Below, piece by piece: positions 29,800-35,517 of a DNA stretch of 50,399 nt; the first letter of the stretch is position 1, and every line of letters begins with the position of its first letter. The position numbers were made by a program, and so were the translations under genes. The DNA is from an uncultured Rhodobacterales bacterium. Lineage in GTDB: Bacteria; Pseudomonadota; Alphaproteobacteria; Rhodobacterales; Rhodobacteraceae. The stretch is taken from NCBI GenBank assembly GCA_964391555.1, contig CAYMMT010000006.1, forward strand, positions 6,487-56,885, written 5' to 3'. The notes beneath the pieces were generated by a model. The model made no database searches. It was not told where the DNA came from and saw only the letters and a list, made by a program, of their open reading frames with translations.

Positions 29800-30000
29800 G
29801 GTGTCTGCGGCGCGCGATATGCGCTGACCGGAGATGGCAGGTCTCCTGACTTGCGGGTCGCAGCTCTCCCGAACCTTCCCGGGCCGCCTTGAAAAGAAGG
29901 CCCAGTGGCATAGCCGGGGTCGCTCACCGCTTACAGTTGCGGGGGCAGTCACGGACTTGGGAAGATCCCGCACCGTGTTCCCTTTTCATCCCGTTGGGGC
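29800..30000 (-). promoter_or_regulatory. Cobalamin (B12) riboswitch
   Basis: The minus strand reads AAAAGGGAACACGGTG...AAGTCCGTGACTGCCCCCGCAACTGTAAGCGG...GCCACTGGGCC...GGCCCGGGAAGG...CCCGCAAGTCAGGAGACCTGCC. It contains the GCCACTG motif (29903-29909) and a canonical B12 box AGTCAGGAGACCTGCC (29836-29852). The outer boundaries are approximate. Confidence 0.9.
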
Positions 30001-30133
30001 CAGAGCCCGGCGGGGAACCATCGCGATAGTGGTCGCGCTCAGGCGCAGGGCCGTCAAGTGCTTTTCTGCGGTTTCGGGAGGCGCCAAGACGTTGACCCAT
30101 GCCTTTGGCTCGACACCGGTCGCCTAAAGAAAA

Positions 30134-33100
30134 TTAGGCCGGGGTATCGATGAGGAGGTCCTTGAGTTCGGGAAAATGGAGGTCGGTGACAAGATCGTAC
30201 ATCGACACGAGCCGTCCCGCGAAGGGCTTGTGGTCGGAAAGCCGTTCAAGAAGCGCTCGCAAGACCCCGCACCGATCCGCCGTTTCCACGACAACGCTGG
30301 CGTCGGTTGCGCGGTAGGGACTTTTTTCGTCGAACCGCAGGTCCAGAGGCCAAAGAGCGGCGCTTTCGATCGGTCCCGAAATGACCTCTTGCGCCACGTG
30401 ACTGTCGAGTTCCGCCAGGAGAGAAATGGCAGGCGGATAGAGTTCGGGGTTCAGACCCCGCAGCATGGTGACGTAGTGCCTCAGCTGAAACGAGCTCATG
30501 TCAGTGATATCGGCGACTTCGATCGGCCAGGTTTCGTCGAGACGATAAAACCTCTCCAGGACCGAAAGGGTCAGTGTCCGTTGCCGATACTCGTGCCACA
30601 ACGGCGCGAGGGCGGCCCTGTAGGGCGCGTCGATGAGCATTCCGGTGTCGCTATCCCGGCGCGCCAGCCGGTCGATGTCGGCGGGCTGACCCGCGGCAAG
30701 GCTCAGACCGTTGGCGGCCAGTTGACCGCCGGTCTTGTCCGCTTGATCGTCCCGGGAGCCAAGCGCCCGGGGTATCACCGGGCTGCGGCGATTGGTGGCG
30801 ACAGGGTTCTTGCGGTCGACGGTCGCAAGGTACGTGCCCAACGCCGCACCGACGGTCTCGAAATCCATGTATTCGGCGGCAATCGCAGCGCTGAGCAAAC
30901 CGGAAAAGCCATCGGAATATCCGGCGGAATGGATCTCCGCCGGAGCGACCCCTGGCGTCCAAGGCATGTGATCCGTGCAACGCAAGAGGACGGCAATGTA
31001 GAGCGCGTTTCCGAAGGGGTCCCGCCGGACGTCGTCCTCGAGGCCGATCAGGTCCTTGGAAAAGTCGGGAGAGCCCGCCTCGATTAGGCAGTTCCGCAGG
31101 AATTCCTGCGCGACGTCCGGTGCGGAGACGGCGGCCTTGTCCCACGACCGGCGCAGTTCGTAGGATTGCTCCAGAAGGGATGCCGTTGCCGGCCTCTGGT
31201 CCCTGGCAGGCTCGGCCAGCGCTGGCGCGTCTCCAGCTTCCGGAACTGGGGTGTTGATGAGATCGGAGAGTTCCTCCGCCATGCCTTTCGTGAAAATCTG
31301 GGTCCCGGTCTGCTGGACCGTATCCATCACCCGGCGACTGTCTGCGGCACGATACCGGTCCGGCAGGGCCGCCCGTTCGGCCGGGGACAGATCAAGTCCG
31401 CGCAGGTGACGGATCACCGCGCGCCATGTCACGGGCAGCGTAACCAGGTCACTGCCGAGGTGGCGGTCAAGGCGGTCCGCCAAATCCACCGGGAACTCAT
31501 CCGGCGGATCGGAGATGAACGCGCCGTAATAAAGCGCGTCGAGCGGGTCGTCGCCGGTGTTGCGTGTCTTGAAGAATGCTGCCGCCGTTGCGCAGACCTC
31601 AAGCGCCCGATCCCGCAGATCCTGCTTTCTCGCGCGGGCATCGCCCGTGTCTGTCGCGACGGGACCGGCCAGAAGACCCGGCAGCATCAGACGACGCAGG
31701 TCCGGGATATGGCGCACCTTGTCCAGCTCACCCGGGACGGGATCGACCAGCCAATACTGGTTGCGCAGGCGCATCAGAAGCTCTTCGGCCTCGGAAAGCG
31801 TCAGCGGGTCCTCCGACGTGGCACCCCGGTCGAGGCACGGACCCGCCAGAACGTTGAGGATAATCTCCGGATCTATGATCCGGAGCATGAGGCCGGGGTG
31901 GGCCAGTGGTCTGACCCTGGGGTCGGTGATCCGGTTTAGAATGCGCGTATAGAGGAATATTTGCGCAAATTCGGCTGCAAATCCGCCCTCGGCCTCGAGT
32001 TCCGCAATCAGGCCGTCCACGTCGCGAGGATTGCCGTCGGCATATTTGGCAAAGGCGATAATGGCGAGAGGATGACCGGCCAAGAGCCTGCAGACGGTCC
32101 GCGCCTTGGCCTCGTCGTGAAAAAGCGTGGTATTGGCCGGGTTCAACCGTTGCAGTTCGGCTCTCAGGAGCTTTGCCCCCGAAGGCGGGTAAAGGCCTTT
32201 GAGATGGACCCGGTCCCCGAACCACCGGTCCAGCTCGGCCTCGGTCAGCGGCTCCTCGCGACCGCTGACGATGACCCTCATGCCGGGCAGGTGGTTGAAC
32301 TGCAGGACGCTGAGCAGATCCATGATTTGCGAAACGACCTCATTGCCCATCGCGCGCTCCGGGGCGTCGTCGGGGAACTGGCGCTCCACGACCGCCAACC
32401 TGTCGATCGCTTCGAAAGTATCAAGGATGACCACCATCGACATGTCGGCCAGAGGCCTGGCCCAGTCCTCGTCCAACTTGTCGAGTTCATGCAGAACCCG
32501 GCTGAGTTGATCGAAATTGCTGTGCCTGTTGCCCGACTCGTCCACCTTGTAGAGCGCGATGTCCCGGCGCAGGGACGACAGACCGTCCAGCAGCGCGTCG
32601 TTTCCGTCGGGCGACTGCAATTGCAGATGCGCCGTGATCTGGCGAAAAAGCTCCTGCAGGATTTCGACGGGTTCACCGAGTGCCAACTGCCGCCGATCGA
32701 AATCCAGCAGGACCTGGATCAGATCCGGTTTGCTGCGTTGCCACGCGAGCATGAGGCTCGACAGAAGGGCCGATTTCCCCGCGCCGCCGATCCCGGTGAG
32801 CAGGAGCGGCTTTGCGTTCTCGCTCCGGCCCTTGGCGTGGTGGCTGATCCTGTCGCGCTGTGGCGTAAAGCCAAAATGCCGTCCCGGCATCACCACGCGC
32901 AGGTCGGTGCGGGCCTGCAGTTCCTTGATCTGGGCCGAGGCGAAACGCGAAAGCTCCCGAATTGTCATGGTTCGGTAGGCCATGCGGTCAGTCTTGCGAA
33001 CCTGACGTGTCGCAGTGGCGAGCGCGGGAACGTCTTTCGCAAACTCGGCGGCATCAAGAAGTGCGGCCGCGCGCGACAGCGCCTGTTGCAATGCGTCGAT

Positions 33101-33463
33101 GTCGGCCTTTGTCCCCGGGTCATCAAAGCTGATCCGGTCCATGGTCAGAACCTCGCGCAGCGCCCGGGTCAGCGGATCACCGGGGTCTTGGGGCGCGTCG
33201 TATTCCATGAAGTCCCGCAGGGCGCGGGGGGAAAAGAACTGGTTGAGCGCCGCCCGCCGCGCAGCGGGGTCAAGCTGCCAGCAATAGGTTCCGTCCTGAT
33301 CGATCTTCTCGTCCGCAACCGGGCTCAGGGTGCGCCACACGACGTCCCGGCGGGCGACGTCCCCTTGCGGGAGTTTCAATGCGCTGCACAGGCTCTCGAG
33401 CGTGAAGAGACCCGTCACACTGCCCGCTTTCAGGGCCTGCTGCGCGAGGAACCGGTCGTTCAT
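30134..33463 (-). CDS. NB-ARC/Apaf-1-like STAND NTPase with an unassigned N-terminal (~200 aa) and C-terminal (~520 aa) region (gene C of the protease operon)
   Basis: 1109 aa from MNDRFLAQQ, with an ATGA overlap with gene B. Walker A LLLTGIGGAGKSAL, Walker B MVVILDTFEAID, VIVSGREEP, a GxP motif LAGHPLAIIAF and a winged-helix-like segment. No TM helix or signal peptide. The 33637 start would overlap gene B by 178 nt and was rejected. Confidence 0.85.
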   Translation of the reverse strand: MNDRFLAQQALKAGSVTGLFTLESLCSALKLPQGDVARRDVVWRTLSPVADEKIDQDGTYCWQLDPAARRAALNQFFSPRALRDFMEYDAPQDPGDPLTRALREVLTMDRISFDDPGTKADIDALQQALSRAAALLDAAEFAKDVPALATATRQVRKTDRMAYRTMTIRELSRFASAQIKELQARTDLRVVMPGRHFGFTPQRDRISHHAKGRSENAKPLLLTGIGGAGKSALLSSLMLAWQRSKPDLIQVLLDFDRRQLALGEPVEILQELFRQITAHLQLQSPDGNDALLDGLSSLRRDIALYKVDESGNRHSNFDQLSRVLHELDKLDEDWARPLADMSMVVILDTFEAIDRLAVVERQFPDDAPERAMGNEVVSQIMDLLSVLQFNHLPGMRVIVSGREEPLTEAELDRWFGDRVHLKGLYPPSGAKLLRAELQRLNPANTTLFHDEAKARTVCRLLAGHPLAIIAFAKYADGNPRDVDGLIAELEAEGGFAAEFAQIFLYTRILNRITDPRVRPLAHPGLMLRIIDPEIILNVLAGPCLDRGATSEDPLTLSEAEELLMRLRNQYWLVDPVPGELDKVRHIPDLRRLMLPGLLAGPVATDTGDARARKQDLRDRALEVCATAAAFFKTRNTGDDPLDALYYGAFISDPPDEFPVDLADRLDRHLGSDLVTLPVTWRAVIRHLRGLDLSPAERAALPDRYRAADSRRVMDTVQQTGTQIFTKGMAEELSDLINTPVPEAGDAPALAEPARDQRPATASLLEQSYELRRSWDKAAVSAPDVAQEFLRNCLIEAGSPDFSKDLIGLEDDVRRDPFGNALYIAVLLRCTDHMPWTPGVAPAEIHSAGYSDGFSGLLSAAIAAEYMDFETVGAALGTYLATVDRKNPVATNRRSPVIPRALGSRDDQADKTGGQLAANGLSLAAGQPADIDRLARRDSDTGMLIDAPYRAALAPLWHEYRQRTLTLSVLERFYRLDETWPIEVADITDMSSFQLRHYVTMLRGLNPELYPPAISLLAELDSHVAQEVISGPIESAALWPLDLRFDEKSPYRATDASVVVETADRCGVLRALLERLSDHKPFAGRLVSMYDLVTDLHFPELKDLLIDTPA
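32771..32794 (-). other. Walker A codons (GIGGAGKS) of the STAND NTPase
   Basis: The reverse complement reads ggg atc ggc ggc gcg ggg aaa tcg. Confidence 0.9.
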
Positions 33464-35508
33464 TGCTCCGCCTCGTCCGTGGTGTCGAACAGGTCGGACG
33501 GCATATGGTCGACCACGAAGCGCGACATGGCCTGCAAGGGGGCCTCTTGTTGAGCATAGGAGCCCATGGTGCGGGACAACAGCTCGATGGCCGTGTCGTC
33601 CACGGCCGCACCAAGCGCCGTGCGCTGGCGAAACCATGTATCAAAGAGCTGGTCGAAATTGCTCAGATCGTCGGTGTCCGAGATCGTGCTCGTCACCACA
33701 TTGGCGCTGTTCACACCGCCGATCGCGTTTTCCCTTGGCAGACCGATCAAGACCACCCGCAAACCGGGGATCTGTTCAATCCGGTCATAAAGCGTGGCGA
33801 GGTATTCGCGGCCCGAGGCGTCCGATAGGCGATGATGTTCGAGGTCGTCGATCATCAGCCAGACCGACTGGTTGGGAAGTCTTTCCCGCATCTTGCTGAC
33901 CAGGATGTTGACCAGTTCCTGCACATAGGCCGCGGTGGTGGTCTGCGGCGTCTTGGGTAGGCCCGAGACAAGATCGGACGCGAAACTGTCCATCGTTTCA
34001 CTGACGAAGCTGAGCGCATCGGCCTCGGTCTCGCCGGCACGAAAAACGATGTGTTTGTGCTCTGGCGTCCGGAAAAGGCCCTCGATGATTTCGGTGGTAA
34101 AGCTCTTGCCCGGTTTCCTAACCGGCGTGCCGCCGGGTTCGTAGTGCACCATGAGGATGCGCTTTTTCGGATCCTCCCACATCTGCTGCAGCTTCCCCAG
34201 CAGGTCCCTGCGTCCGAAAAGCGGCTTGACCCCGTCCACGCATCCCAGGGGCGGGGCCAGACTGGCCGAGCGCCTGATCCGGTCGAAACTGCCCTTCGCC
34301 GCCAGATCATCGGCTATGTGCTTCAGCGAAATCGCCACATTCATGAAGAGCTTCGGCCCGGTGTCGACGTCCCGATACGCGATGCCGACGTGGTGCAGGC
34401 CGATCGGTTCCGCGATCTCGTTGATCAGGAGCCCGCCGGACGAACCTTGTGCGGTGGGCGCTTCGTGAAACAGGCGCACGTCCTTGCGGAACGAAAACTT
34501 CATGTCGCCCATCGTGATGGTCTGGTCGAGGCCCGATGGATGGTGCAGCGCGATGGCGAAACTCGGGAAGGCCTTCGGAAGCTTTTCGAGGTCGTACCAG
34601 CCACGTTGCAGTCCCGGCGCACTGTCGAGGCGCAGAACGGCATAGTCGAGGTTGCCTGCCATCTCCTGCAGGAAGGCGTTGCGAATTGCGTTGTCTTCCC
34701 ACCAGCGGTTTGGGGCGTTTTCGGGCTGCGCCTTGCCCATGGGGCTGGATGCGATGATCTGGTCCCCGGCCACCGGATGCCATGCGCCGGTAGCGGACTT
34801 CGTGCCCGTCGTCTCCGAATAGTCGAACCAGCAGGTGAGCGTCGTGGGGTCGAAAGGACCACTCGCAAGGTCATCCATGACGTGCTGGTTGGTGATCACC
34901 GCCGAGGGCCCGATCAGAAATCCGGTGCCCAGAGGCACGATGTCCTCGCGGTTGTTTTCGGCGACAATCCGACAAAGGCGCCGCCGCGCCTGGATGATCG
35001 CGGGCAGGACGTGGCCGGGATCCACCCAGGTCGGAATGTCGCCATGGGCCTGAGGGGTTGCGAGGGTCGCGTTCTGTGGCGTGGCCCGGGGCAGAAGCTG
35101 CGCGACCGCGTTTCCACCGACGCAACCGACCACGCGTTCCATCAGCTTGCGCCGGGTTTCGGCCGTCCCCTTGGCCGGGGCCCCGGCCGGATCGAACAAG
35201 CCCGCTGCAACCGCGCCGGCCATGAAAGACAGGACATGCGCGCCGTCGGGCAGGGATCCAAGGGCGAGCGCGAGGGCATCCGTATCCCTGGCCGGATCGA
35301 GCGCGCCATAGCCGGAGCGATCGAGGCCGGAGGCCACCGCGTAAAGAAACCCCGGGCACGCCGATCGCGTCCCGCCCTGCACCACCCACCTGTCGAAGTA
35401 CGACCGCACCATGCCACGGAAAAACGCCAGCCCCTCGGTCAATGCGATCATGTCCTCGGGTCGGACCCCGTCGACGCCGTCCCCGTTTTTCGTGGTCCCG
35501 CCCGTCAT
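33460..35508 (-). CDS. Trypsin-like serine protease fused to a degenerate P-loop NTPase-like module (gene B)
   Basis: 682 aa. Chymotrypsin-fold triad context GTGFLIGPSAVITNQHV (His209), LDYAVLRL (Asp288) and GSSGG (Ser357). C-terminal half: FGRRDLLGKL...GGTPVRKPGKSF (Walker-A-like with an insertion) and VWLMIDDLE (Walker B). No signal peptide. Confidence 0.85.
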   Translation of the reverse strand: MTGGTTKNGDGVDGVRPEDMIALTEGLAFFRGMVRSYFDRWVVQGGTRSACPGFLYAVASGLDRSGYGALDPARDTDALALALGSLPDGAHVLSFMAGAVAAGLFDPAGAPAKGTAETRRKLMERVVGCVGGNAVAQLLPRATPQNATLATPQAHGDIPTWVDPGHVLPAIIQARRRLCRIVAENNREDIVPLGTGFLIGPSAVITNQHVMDDLASGPFDPTTLTCWFDYSETTGTKSATGAWHPVAGDQIIASSPMGKAQPENAPNRWWEDNAIRNAFLQEMAGNLDYAVLRLDSAPGLQRGWYDLEKLPKAFPSFAIALHHPSGLDQTITMGDMKFSFRKDVRLFHEAPTAQGSSGGLLINEIAEPIGLHHVGIAYRDVDTGPKLFMNVAISLKHIADDLAAKGSFDRIRRSASLAPPLGCVDGVKPLFGRRDLLGKLQQMWEDPKKRILMVHYEPGGTPVRKPGKSFTTEIIEGLFRTPEHKHIVFRAGETEADALSFVSETMDSFASDLVSGLPKTPQTTTAAYVQELVNILVSKMRERLPNQSVWLMIDDLEHHRLSDASGREYLATLYDRIEQIPGLRVVLIGLPRENAIGGVNSANVVTSTISDTDDLSNFDQLFDTWFRQRTALGAAVDDTAIELLSRTMGSYAQQEAPLQAMSRFVVDHMPSDLFDTTDEAEQ
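33709..34221 (-). other. Degenerate P-loop NTPase-like module of gene B (approx. aa 430-600)
   Basis: A PGKS(F/T) motif and an hhhhDD Walker B about 85 residues apart. Boundaries are approximate. Confidence 0.55.
34309..34956 (-). other. Trypsin-like peptidase domain of gene B (approx. aa 185-400)
   Basis: His/Asp/Ser motifs as listed for gene B. Boundaries are approximate. Confidence 0.7.
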
Positions 35509-35517
35509 CGCGCCCCG

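Noticed and set aside
30001-30133. Possible sigma70-like promoter (TTGACG ... CACTAT) for the riboswitch transcript on the minus strand.
   Set aside because: The spacer between the candidate -35 and -10 hexamers is about 20 nt and the -10 is weak. This is not supportable without transcription-start data.
33464-33637. Extended N-terminus of the STAND gene (ORF-track start at 33637).
   Set aside because: It would overlap the 3' end of gene B by 178 nt and encodes Arg/His/Gly-rich junk (MVSPAHGAWCGRGRHGHRAV...). The ATG at 33463 gives a classic ATGA overlap with the gene B stop.
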